Origin: Alistipes sp.
GTDB lineage: Bacteria; Bacteroidota; Bacteroidia; Bacteroidales; Rikenellaceae
Reading direction: 5' to 3'
Assembly: GCA_045660465.1 (NCBI GenBank)
Contig: JAZRDV010000019.1
Span: forward strand, 4,676-68,675
DNA: 64,000 nt
Of this stretch, positions 45,626 through 54,539 are shown piece by piece (position 1 is the stretch's first letter; each line of letters begins with the position of its first letter). The translations under genes were made by a program, and so were the position numbers. Under the pieces are notes generated by a model. The model had not been told where the DNA came from. It was given only the letters and a program-made list of their open reading frames with translations, and made no database searches.

Positions 45626-46672
45626 TTAGTATTTGTAGTCGCCACGCGACAGGTCGCAGTGGTAACCAATCTCGTTAAGCTCACGCTCCAAGGCGTTAAG
45701 GCCTTCGGCGGCCTCCTTGCCCCACGATGCCTTATTTTCGTAGATGGCATACTTGGCCCTCATGTCCGAGGGCGAGAGGTTGGGCATAACGACATTGGCT
45801 CCCGACAGTATGCCCATCTTGCGGCCGTCGGGATGGAGTGTCGCAAGGGCTGTGGTTGAGGGTATAAGTGCCTTGGGTAGCAGCAGGCGCGCTATGGCCA
45901 CTGTGGCGAGGGTCAGACGTAGGTCGCCCGCAGGCTCCATGCCGAGGGGTGTGGCGTGATGTGGAAGGAAGGGCCCTATGCCGACCATCTCGCAACGCTT
46001 CGCGGCGATGAGTGCGAGATCCTCGGCGATATGATTTATGCTCTGTCCCTTTACGCCAATCATCATACCCATACCCACCTGATAGCCACAACGTTTCAGC
46101 GAGTCTATGCACGCCAAACGACCGGCAATACCACTTTGGCTGTCGGGATGCAGCGATGCGTATAGCTCCTCGTTGGCGGCCTCGTGGCGTAGTAGGTAGC
46201 GGTTTGCTCCTGCCGCTTTGAGATGTCGATACGACTCCTCGCTGCGCTCACCCAACGAGAGGGTGATGGCCACATCGGGGTAGGTGGTGCGTATGTTGCT
46301 TATGAGATCTTCGAGCCATGCGTCGGTGTGCGTGCCATCCTCGCCCCCTTGAAGTACGAAGGTGCGAAATCCGAGACGGTAGCCCTCGTGGCAGCACTCC
46401 ATCACCTCGTCGGCCGTGAGACGGTAGCGTTCGGCGGTGCGGTTGCTGCGTCGTAGACCGCAGTAGAGACAGTCGCGACGGCAGTAGCTGCTGAGCTCTA
46501 TGAGACCACGTATATATATGCCAAGTCCGAACTGCTCACGGGCAGTTCGGACGGCATAGTCGCGGAGAAGTTGAAGCAACGCATCGTCCAAGGTCGCTGC
46601 GCGTAGCAACTCCCCTAACTCTGTGGCGTCGAGCCTCTTACCTGACGCCAGATGCTCAACCGTCTCCTTCAT
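45626..46672 (-). CDS. hydE: [FeFe]-hydrogenase H-cluster radical SAM maturase HydE
   Basis: Radical SAM CRRDCLYCGLRRSN; BioB-like fold; 348 aa; lies between hydA and hydG. Confidence 0.92.
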   Translation of the reverse strand: MKETVEHLASGKRLDATELGELLRAATLDDALLQLLRDYAVRTAREQFGLGIYIRGLIELSSYCRRDCLYCGLRRSNRTAERYRLTADEVMECCHEGYRLGFRTFVLQGGEDGTHTDAWLEDLISNIRTTYPDVAITLSLGERSEESYRHLKAAGANRYLLRHEAANEELYASLHPDSQSGIAGRLACIDSLKRCGYQVGMGMMIGVKGQSINHIAEDLALIAAKRCEMVGIGPFLPHHATPLGMEPAGDLRLTLATVAIARLLLPKALIPSTTALATLHPDGRKMGILSGANVVMPNLSPSDMRAKYAIYENKASWGKEAAEGLNALERELNEIGYHCDLSRGDYKY

Positions 46673-46702
46673 ATTCGTTCTAAATACTCGAACCTCTGAG
46701 GC

Positions 46703-48151
46703 CTATCGCTTTTGAAGTTCGTTGATAAAGGTCTTACGGCCGGTATCGTATGCTGTATGTACGCTCGGGCCAGAGATACATCCGCCGTCGCATGCCATAA
46801 CCTCGATAAACTGTGCAGGGGCCTTGCCTGTCTTGCCGTATGCCTTCAACAGACCTACGTTCTTCTTGTTGAGACCTGCAATCTGCAATGTCGTGAAGTC
46901 AATCTTGCCGGCAACAAGCTCCTGAACGGCAGCGGTAACACCGCCATTCTCGGCGAAGCCGTGTGCCGAGCGGCACGATGCCTGACCAATGTCGTGGCGC
47001 AGGTTCTCGCTCATCTCGATACCCATACCCTCGAACATAGCGTGTATCTCCTCGTAGGTAAGTACGAAGTCAACCTTGCCTTCGAGACCCTCGCGACGTG
47101 CCTCCTTGCGCTTTGCGATACAGGGGCCTACGAAGACGAGCTTTGCGTTGGGATACTTCTCGCGTGCGATGTCCGAAGTGTAAATCATGGGCGAATATGT
47201 CGATGAGATATACTTCTGCAACTCGGGAGCGTGCTTACGCGCCATCTCCATGTATGAGGGGCAGCACGATGTAGTCATGAAGGGCTGACCCTCAGCCATC
47301 TTCTCGGCAAACTCGTGTGTCTCCTTCTCGGTTGTAACCTCAGCACCACGCGCTACCTCGATAACGTCCGTGAAGCCGATAGCCTTGATAGCACCATACA
47401 CCTGGTCGGTGGGAGCCTCATACTGCGAGAGGATTGAGGGGGCAACCATAGCTACCACCTGCTCGCCGCGACGGATGCTCTGCAATACGTCGAATACCTG
47501 CGAAATCTCGAAGATAGCACCGAAGGGGCAGCTATTCATACACTTACCGCAGTAGATACACTTCGTCTCGTCGATATGCTCTACACCATACTCGTCCTTC
47601 GAGATAGCACCCACGGGGCACGACTCCTCGCAAGGTACGGGGATATAAACAACAGCGTGGTAGGGGCAAGCGGCGAAACACTTACCGCAGCTGATACAAA
47701 TCTTGTGGTTGATGCGACCCTGCGAAGTCTCGGGGTCGAACTCGATGGCACCCTTAGGACAAGCGTGCTCGCAAGCGCGGGCTACACAACCGCGACAAAG
47801 GTTTGTGATGTCGTAGTTGGTGCGTACGCATGACGAACAAGCCTCGTCGATAACGCACATGATGTTATCCTTAATCTTGTTACGCTCCAAGGCCTTGCGA
47901 GCGTAGTCAGACAGGGGTGTGAGCTCGTCGGTTTCGTCGCGCATGTCGTAGCCCAACAGAGGCAGCGACTTGTACTTCCATACGGCGCGCTCCTTGTGGA
48001 TACAGCAGCGACCACGCACCTGCGCGTTGCGGGGACTGAACTCGATAGGTACTCTGTCGATCTTCTCGACAAGCTGGTTTTCGTTCCAGAGGTTGATAAG
48101 CTTGGTGAGCAGTCTCTGGCGAACGATCATAACGTTATTCTTAATAGCCAT
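46703..48151 (-). CDS. hydA: [FeFe] hydrogenase catalytic subunit with N-terminal Cys-rich and 2x[4Fe-4S] ferredoxin-like domains
   Basis: H-cluster motifs TTSCCPSY (L1), GPCIAKRKE (L2), EVMACDGGCISGP (L3). Ferredoxin motifs CISCGKCFAACP and CIYCGKCMNSCP. Extra Cys motif CSSCVRT..CRGCVARACEHACP. Confidence 0.92.
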   Translation of the reverse strand: MAIKNNVMIVRQRLLTKLINLWNENQLVEKIDRVPIEFSPRNAQVRGRCCIHKERAVWKYKSLPLLGYDMRDETDELTPLSDYARKALERNKIKDNIMCVIDEACSSCVRTNYDITNLCRGCVARACEHACPKGAIEFDPETSQGRINHKICISCGKCFAACPYHAVVYIPVPCEESCPVGAISKDEYGVEHIDETKCIYCGKCMNSCPFGAIFEISQVFDVLQSIRRGEQVVAMVAPSILSQYEAPTDQVYGAIKAIGFTDVIEVARGAEVTTEKETHEFAEKMAEGQPFMTTSCCPSYMEMARKHAPELQKYISSTYSPMIYTSDIAREKYPNAKLVFVGPCIAKRKEARREGLEGKVDFVLTYEEIHAMFEGMGIEMSENLRHDIGQASCRSAHGFAENGGVTAAVQELVAGKIDFTTLQIAGLNKKNVGLLKAYGKTGKAPAQFIEVMACDGGCISGPSVHTAYDTGRKTFINELQKR

Positions 48152-48188
48152 ACGATATGTTGTTTATTGTTGTTTTCGCTTAACCGAA

Positions 48189-48196
48189 CAAAGGTA
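48189..48196 (-). promoter_or_regulatory. candidate -7 promoter box for the hyd operon
   Basis: Plus-strand CAAAGGTA, 37 nt upstream of the hydA ATG (48151). Confidence 0.5.
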
Positions 48197-48305
48197 ACTC
48201 TTTTTAGACCAAAATTCAAATTTTAACTCCATTTTTTTGCATTTAGAATACGATAATTTTTATTTGACCATATTCCTATTGTTGTTAGCCGTGTTCAACC
48301 TCTGT

Positions 48306-51300
48306 TTAGTCCTTCTCTATCTGCGAGGCGTAGTAGCTCCATGTCTGTGCCGAGATATACTCCTCGTACGATATGTTGGGCACCTTGATACGACGGTTGG
48401 GAATGTCGGCATCGAAGATGTGTGGATACGACACGGGGCGGTCGGGAATCATGCTGCCATTGCCCCCGCCATATGACTCTACGGTGGGAGGTGTTACGGC
48501 CAAACACCTGATTGTGGTTAGCTTTGGGCAGTTGGCATAGGCATCCTCGCCAATGGTCGTGGTGCCTGAGCCTATCGTGGTGTGTGTCATCGCCGAGCAG
48601 CCGTCGAAGGCGTGAGCCGCGATGCTCTGCAATGTGTTGGGAAGATGTGCTGCCTGCAACTTCGAGCACCCGTTGAACGCAAAGAGGTTTATCGACACGA
48701 GCTTATCGCCAAAATCAACCTCGCTAAGCGATTCGCATGATTCAAAAGCACCCTGGCCTATGCTTTTAACATTAGTCAGTGTTAGCTTGCTGCTGAGCGA
48801 CTTACAACCATCGAAACAGTTGTAGCCTATCTCGGTGGCGGCCGTAGGTATGTTTACGCTATGAAGTGCACTACATCCATAGAATAGCTCACCTGGAAGA
48901 GCAGTGATGTTGTTGCCAAGCGATGCGCTTTGCAGTGCGCTACAACCCTCGAAGCACGAGCCGCCAATCTCCGTTACGCTCGACGGAATGGTTATGCTTG
49001 TGAGCGAGGTGCAGTTTACAAAGACACTCGAACTCAACTTCTTAACGCCATTGTTTATTGTTACCTGCGTGAGTTTCGGACACTTGGCAAAGGCTTTTGC
49101 GCCAATCTCCTGTACGCCACCACCCACGGTTACCTGCGTGAGCTTCGGGCACTCGCTAAGAGCCGCGAAGGCCACTTCGCTGACGCCGTTGCCCATCGTT
49201 ACGCGCTCGATGGTGGGGTGCTTGCTGAGCCAATTCTCGAAGGTACCGGTGTAGCTGTCGGGTATGGTGAGGGTTTTGAGGTCGTCGAGGTACGAGAAGT
49301 CGTTGTGGTCGATGGTCGCAACGCCCTCCGGCACGCTAAGGTCGGTGATGAGCTCGCCATTGAGGTAGAGTGAGCGTGTCAGATATGTGGGATTGCATGT
49401 TTGAGTTCCGTCGTAATCAAATTCGATGTCGAACCACGCCTTCAAATCCTCAATCTCAACCCTTTGAAGAGCGGTGCAGTAGTTGAACGCCTCGCGGCCA
49501 ATGTGCGTTATGCTCTTGGGGAGGGTGATGCTCGTGAGCGAGGGACAGTTGTAGAAACAGCTGCTACCGATGCGCTCCAAGTAGTCACTGAACGTAACCC
49601 TTTCGAGCGATATACATCCCTCGAATACGTTGTAGTCCAGTGCCGAAACGCGGTATGGAATAGCCACCTCAGAGAGGTGTGCGCAGCCCGCAAAGGCGTG
49701 GTGAGCAATGGTCGTAACCTTGTTGGGGATGGTTATGGTCTTAATCAACGAGCAACCACTGAATGTGTAGGCGTAGATGCCATCGATGTTCTTCGACAGG
49801 GTGATGCTGCGCAGGTTGCTACAATCTTTGAAACAGCTGCTTCCAATCCTCGTAACATTGTCGCTGAGCACCATGTTGCTCAGGGCTAAGCAGCCCGAGA
49901 ATGCACCGTCGCCAATCTCTGTTACGCTATCGGGGATGTCGATTGATATGAGCGACTCGCAGCCCGCAAACAGGTAGTCGGGTATACGTTTTAGTGTAGA
50001 GGGCAGCTCGACGTTCTTCAACGACTTGCAGCCACTGAAAAGAGCACCGTTGAGCGATGTTATAAGCTCGGGGATGTTTACGCTTACGAGGCTCTCGCAG
50101 TCACTGAACACATAGCCTCCGAGTGATTCGAGACCATCGGGAAGGACTATGCTCTTCAACGACTTACATCCGGCAAATGCACCCTGAGATATAGATGTTA
50201 CGCTGCTCGGTATCTCAATTTCGTTGAGCGACTCGCAGTTTGCGAAGGCGTCGTAGCGGATATTTTCGAGGGCTACGGGGAGTTTTACCGTTTCGAGCTC
50301 TTTGCACTCGGCAAAGGTCTCGTCGTCGATGGTTGTGATGAATGGCGGAAGCTCTACGCTCGTGAGCGTGTAACACATGTAAAACATGCGCGCGGGAATC
50401 TTGCGCAGGTCGCCATCAAAGAGTATTGTACCGACGCCCGTCTCACTGTCGTAGGTATTCGAGAGGAGTTGTGCACCATCGAAGTCGCTCGTGTCGTAAA
50501 GGTCAACGGGCTGACCATCCGAGGTGGTGTAGGTTATGGTGTTTGCACCCTCCATATCGGTACCCTCGGCCGCGAGGTTGAACGACCACCATTGGCTATC
50601 CTTGTAGGCCTGTAATGCCGATGCAGGGACTATCACGCGGATAGACTTTTTGTCGAGACCCTCGAATGTCGAGTATTCGAATATGGGAGGCTCGGTGGCG
50701 CGTATCTCAATAGTGTTTAGACTCTTGCAGTTGTGAAATGCCAAATTATCGAGGCTATACAACCCGCTGCCGATAGTAACCTTCGATAGATTGTCGCACT
50801 CCTCAAAGGCTCTCTCTCTGATATAGCGTACACGGTCGGGAATGACAATCTCGGTTATGCCGTCGCAGTCGCTAAGTGCGAGTTCGCCAATGTTGTAGAT
50901 ATTCTCGGTAAGGGTTATCTCGGTGAGGTTGTCGAGGTCGTGCATCGACAAACGGTCGAGATATACAGTCTCTTCGGGTGTGGTGTACTCGGTGAGGTTT
51001 GCTGCAGCCACCGAGGCCATGTGGATGCTATAACTCTCATCTGCGTATATCAGCTCGCGACCGCTCTCCGTAGCGAGGTGGCTCTCGAAGTGCTCCAAGG
51101 CGGGGCACGAAGCAAAGGGGTTGCCGTCGAATGCCTCTACGCAGTCGGGAAGTGTAACGCTCACGAGCGTTGGTTTGTCGGAGAAGGCACCGCCGCGGAT
51201 GCATCGCACCTCACCCTCGATGTATATTGTACCTACGCCCTCATCGTAGCCCGATGATACTGCGCCGTCGTTTAGAGGCTCACCGTTGTAGCCGATAAGA

Positions 51301-51818
51301 TATAACTCGATATTATCGCGTACCGAGATGGGGTTGTCGTCCGAGGTGGTGTAACGTATGTGGCAGGGTGTCGTTAGTGGGTCGTACTCATGCTGAACGA
51401 TGAAGAGCTCTGTCTGAGAGCCATTGGCGGAGATAAAAGCCCATGTTGCCTCACGGACGTAATCTTCGCTGTGAGGAGCTATGTCGAAGATGACAAGCTC
51501 GGGCTCATCGCCTCCCTCGCCGCTGTAAGTAGAGGGTGTGCACCACTCCGACTCGTCGTTGCTGCCGATGAGTTCAAGGCTCCACGGGTGCTTGGTGCTC
51601 ACGTATACCTCCTGCTTGCCACCTGCGGCATCGATGAAGATATCGCGGGGGTCGAGTTGTATATCGCCCTGAATAACATCTTGTATGGGGCCATCGATAG
51701 GTTTATCTTCCTGCTCGTTTTCCTTATTATCGATAAAGTCGTCGATAAATTCGCAACTCTGCAACGAGAAAACCATGGTGGCTACACATAGTAACTGTAA
51801 AAACTTCTTGATAACCAT
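48306..51818 (-). CDS. cell-surface lipoprotein with BACON-like domain and a long array of BspA-type leucine-rich repeats
   Basis: Lipobox MVFSLQS|C. BACON-like TKHPWSLELIGSNDESEWCTPSTYSGEGGDEPELVIFDIAPH...TELFIVQHEY. More than 20 units of about 23 aa of the form I.IP.SVT.IG..AF..C.SL. Confidence 0.88.
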   Translation of the reverse strand: MVIKKFLQLLCVATMVFSLQSCEFIDDFIDNKENEQEDKPIDGPIQDVIQGDIQLDPRDIFIDAAGGKQEVYVSTKHPWSLELIGSNDESEWCTPSTYSGEGGDEPELVIFDIAPHSEDYVREATWAFISANGSQTELFIVQHEYDPLTTPCHIRYTTSDDNPISVRDNIELYLIGYNGEPLNDGAVSSGYDEGVGTIYIEGEVRCIRGGAFSDKPTLVSVTLPDCVEAFDGNPFASCPALEHFESHLATESGRELIYADESYSIHMASVAAANLTEYTTPEETVYLDRLSMHDLDNLTEITLTENIYNIGELALSDCDGITEIVIPDRVRYIRERAFEECDNLSKVTIGSGLYSLDNLAFHNCKSLNTIEIRATEPPIFEYSTFEGLDKKSIRVIVPASALQAYKDSQWWSFNLAAEGTDMEGANTITYTTSDGQPVDLYDTSDFDGAQLLSNTYDSETGVGTILFDGDLRKIPARMFYMCYTLTSVELPPFITTIDDETFAECKELETVKLPVALENIRYDAFANCESLNEIEIPSSVTSISQGAFAGCKSLKSIVLPDGLESLGGYVFSDCESLVSVNIPELITSLNGALFSGCKSLKNVELPSTLKRIPDYLFAGCESLISIDIPDSVTEIGDGAFSGCLALSNMVLSDNVTRIGSSCFKDCSNLRSITLSKNIDGIYAYTFSGCSLIKTITIPNKVTTIAHHAFAGCAHLSEVAIPYRVSALDYNVFEGCISLERVTFSDYLERIGSSCFYNCPSLTSITLPKSITHIGREAFNYCTALQRVEIEDLKAWFDIEFDYDGTQTCNPTYLTRSLYLNGELITDLSVPEGVATIDHNDFSYLDDLKTLTIPDSYTGTFENWLSKHPTIERVTMGNGVSEVAFAALSECPKLTQVTVGGGVQEIGAKAFAKCPKLTQVTINNGVKKLSSSVFVNCTSLTSITIPSSVTEIGGSCFEGCSALQSASLGNNITALPGELFYGCSALHSVNIPTAATEIGYNCFDGCKSLSSKLTLTNVKSIGQGAFESCESLSEVDFGDKLVSINLFAFNGCSKLQAAHLPNTLQSIAAHAFDGCSAMTHTTIGSGTTTIGEDAYANCPKLTTIRCLAVTPPTVESYGGGNGSMIPDRPVSYPHIFDADIPNRRIKVPNISYEEYISAQTWSYYASQIEKD

Positions 51819-51884
51819 ATTGTTGTGTATGTTTAATTATTTCGAATATTGCACCTGCGCGGGCGAATAGCGCGTATGTAATCA

Positions 51885-51892
51885 CAAAGATA
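51885..51892 (-). promoter_or_regulatory. candidate -7 promoter box for the LRR lipoprotein gene
   Basis: Plus-strand CAAAGATA, 66 nt upstream of the ATG at 51818. Confidence 0.45.
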
Positions 51893-51994
51893 AGAAAAAA
51901 TGTCTAATTCTGCAACGATAAATCAAAGTAGTTTACAGTTTGGAACATTTGTTGTGTGGGGCTCTGATGTTCAACAAAAAACAGTTTTAAGAGT

Positions 51995-52450
51995 ATGAAA
52001 AAGATTCTTGTTCTTGCCGCAGTGCTTCTCTCGGCGGTTACGGTTATGGCGGCTATGCCGTCGCATGATAAGTCGCTTGACAAGCTCCCTGCGGCGTCGC
52101 GCGACTTCATTCATCGTTACTTCGCAGGCGACAAGGTGCAGAGCGTGAGCCACACCAAGATGGAGCATGGCGAGCACTACTTCGTAACCTTTACGAATGG
52201 CGATAAGGTGGCCTTCGATGCCCACTCGGGTAAACCTGTGTCGATACACTTGAAAAGTGGCGCAGTGTCCTCGAAGCTGATGCCTTCGAAGGTGCACGAC
52301 TACCTGAATAAGCACTATCCGGGTGTGCAGGTCGTCTCGCTCGATAGCATGAAGGGTTGCTGCCGCATAGGGTTGAGTAACGGACAGAGCGTCTGCCTCG
52401 ACAAGGAGGGTAAGGTTGTGAATAAGGCTTGCCCGAGGGATAAGAAGTGA
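51995..52450 (+). CDS. PepSY-like (putative beta-lactamase-inhibitor-like) periplasmic protein
   Basis: Signal peptide MKKILVLAAVLLSAVTVMA. Duplicated LPAASRDFIHRYF.. / LPSKVHDYLNKHYPG modules are typical of the Bacteroidota PepSY-like family. Confidence 0.7.
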   Translation: MKKILVLAAVLLSAVTVMAAMPSHDKSLDKLPAASRDFIHRYFAGDKVQSVSHTKMEHGEHYFVTFTNGDKVAFDAHSGKPVSIHLKSGAVSSKLMPSKVHDYLNKHYPGVQVVSLDSMKGCCRIGLSNGQSVCLDKEGKVVNKACPRDKK

Positions 52451-52455
52451 AATTT

Positions 52456-52480
52456 AGGCCGCTGATTAGCGGCCTTTTCT
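52456..52480 (+). terminator. intrinsic terminator after the PepSY-like gene
   Basis: AGGCCGC-TGATTA-GCGGCCT followed by TTTTCT, 6 nt after the stop. Overlaps the 3' end of the convergent radical SAM gene. Confidence 0.75.
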
Positions 52481-53423
52481 ATTTATTGTTATTGCAGAGG
52501 TCGCCCTGCACGGCACCTAAGCAATCTAACTGCTCGATGACGCGACGGCGTACCTCGTCGGGACGCATGCCGCCGAGGGGCGAGAAGCGTGTGAGGTGGC
52601 GGGGCGCAAGGCTTACCATGCGCTCAATGGCAATCGTGGGGCTGAGGCGACGGATGATATCCACGAGTAGCGATATGTAATCGTCGGCCGAGAAGTCTGC
52701 TGCGAAGAGAAAGCGTTCGGGGTGCTCCTCCCACTCGCGCTCGATGGGTGTATGGCGATATATTTGTAGCTGATGCAGCTTTACGAAGTCGACACCGAGG
52801 CTGTTTATCTCGCTCGTTGAGGCGATGATCTCGTCGCGGCTCTCGTTCGGAAGACCGAGTATGAAGTGCGCCCCGCAATCTATGTTGCGTGCCTTAGTTC
52901 GACTGACCGCCTCGCGCGTATCGGCGAAGGTGTGGTGGCGGTTGACGTGGCTCAGAGTGGTGTCGTAGACCGACTCGATGCCATACTCCACGGCGACATA
53001 ATGCGTTGTGGATATATGCTCCAATAGGTCGAGTATTTCGGAACTAATGCAATCGGGGCGTGTGCCCACTATTATGCCGCCGATGGCGGGGTGTGCGAGA
53101 GCCTCGTTGTACAGCTGTTCGAGCTTCGATATGGGTGCGTATGTGTTTGTTCCTGCTTGAAAATATGCAAGATATTGGCTTGCCGTGCGTCGTCGGGCGG
53201 CGTGAAAACGTATGCCGCGGTCAATCTGCTCGGCAATGCTCGGCGAGGTGCGGCAGTAGTCGGGAGAAAATGCATCGCCACGACAAAAAGTGCAACCTCC
53301 TGTCGATAGCCTTCCATCGCGGTTGGGGCAGCTTAGTCCTGCGTCTATGGCGACCTTCTGCACACGTCCGCCGAGGCGTTCGCGCAAGCCGAGGCCATAG
53401 TCGTTTATCGCCCCTTGTCGCAT
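52479..53423 (-). CDS. TIGR01212-family radical SAM protein
   Basis: VAIDAGLSCPNRDGRLSTGGCTFC is the characteristic cluster motif of this family; 314 aa. Confidence 0.85.
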   Translation of the reverse strand: MRQGAINDYGLGLRERLGGRVQKVAIDAGLSCPNRDGRLSTGGCTFCRGDAFSPDYCRTSPSIAEQIDRGIRFHAARRRTASQYLAYFQAGTNTYAPISKLEQLYNEALAHPAIGGIIVGTRPDCISSEILDLLEHISTTHYVAVEYGIESVYDTTLSHVNRHHTFADTREAVSRTKARNIDCGAHFILGLPNESRDEIIASTSEINSLGVDFVKLHQLQIYRHTPIEREWEEHPERFLFAADFSADDYISLLVDIIRRLSPTIAIERMVSLAPRHLTRFSPLGGMRPDEVRRRVIEQLDCLGAVQGDLCNNNK

Positions 53424-53424
53424 G

Positions 53425-54450
53425 CTATAAATCTTGGAGACGTGCTACGGGTGATACCTCCAAAGAGCTAATCTCGCCCTGCAAGTAGCGGTAGTAGCCG
53501 GCTGTGGCAATCATCGCGGCGTTGTCGGTGGTGAACTTCAACTCGGGAAGGAATGTGCGCCAGCCGCGACGACGACCCGCCTCGGTGATACCCTCGCGAA
53601 GTCCCGAGTTGGCCGACACGCCTCCGGCGATGGCTATATCCTTGATGCCCGTGGCCTTCGATGCCTTTATCAGCTTGTCTACTAAAATCTTAACTATGGT
53701 GTGTTGCAGCGATGCGCAGAGGTCGGCTTTGTGCTTCTCGACAAAGTCGGGGTCCTCCTTCACGGCGTCGCGCAGCGTATAGAGGAACGATGTTTTGAGG
53801 CCCGAGAACGAGTAGTCGAACTCGCCATCGACGTGAGGCTTTGCAAACTTGAAGGCCTCGGGGTTACCCTCCTTGGCCAGGCGGTCTATAATGGGGCCGC
53901 CGGGGTAGGGTAGTCCCATAACCTTGGCGCACTTGTCGAAGGCCTCGCCCGCGGCATCGTCGATGGTCGTGCCTATAATCTCCATCTCGGTGGGCGAGTC
54001 AACGCGTACAATCTGCGTATGTCCACCGCTAACCAATAGACACAAGAACGGGAAGTCGGGGTGCGGAATATCGCGGTCGGGCATATCCACAAAGTGCGAC
54101 AGGATGTGTCCTTGCAGGTGGTTGACCTCGACGAGCGGAATGTTATGCGCTATGGATAGACCCTTGGCGAACGATACGCCAACGAGTAGTGAGCCCAGCA
54201 GTCCGGGGCCTCGTGTGAAGGCTATGGCATCGACTTTGTCGATGGTCGTGCCCGCTTCGCGCAATGCCGTATCTACGACGGGGATGATGTTCTGCTGGTG
54301 GGCGCGCGATGCCAACTCCGGAATTACGCCTCCGTACTTCTGATGCACTGCCTGTGAGGCAATTACGTTCGACAGAAGAGTGCGATTTCGGATGACGGCA
54401 GCCGATGTGTCGTCGCACGATGATTCGATACCGAGAATTGTTATATCCAT
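53425..54450 (-). CDS. tsaD: tRNA N6-adenosine threonylcarbamoyltransferase
   Basis: ILGIESSCDDTSAAV, HLQGHIL, VSGGHT, AIAGGVSAN are canonical Kae1/TsaD motifs. First ATG at 54450; the track start at 54456 is TTG. Confidence 0.95.
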   Translation of the reverse strand: MDITILGIESSCDDTSAAVIRNRTLLSNVIASQAVHQKYGGVIPELASRAHQQNIIPVVDTALREAGTTIDKVDAIAFTRGPGLLGSLLVGVSFAKGLSIAHNIPLVEVNHLQGHILSHFVDMPDRDIPHPDFPFLCLLVSGGHTQIVRVDSPTEMEIIGTTIDDAAGEAFDKCAKVMGLPYPGGPIIDRLAKEGNPEAFKFAKPHVDGEFDYSFSGLKTSFLYTLRDAVKEDPDFVEKHKADLCASLQHTIVKILVDKLIKASKATGIKDIAIAGGVSANSGLREGITEAGRRRGWRTFLPELKFTTDNAAMIATAGYYRYLQGEISSLEVSPVARLQDL

Positions 54451-54498
54451 AGTCAACTCTTTTTTTAAGTTTTTTTCTATTTTATATAGAAAAATTAT

Positions 54499-54506
54499 TA
54501 CTTTTG
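54499..54506 (+). promoter_or_regulatory. candidate -7 promoter box (TACTTTTG) for tamB
   Basis: TAnnTTTG 33 nt upstream of the ATG at 54540. Confidence 0.45.
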
Positions 54507-54539
54507 TGAGTTAATTGCATACAAAGTGTAAACGTTTCA

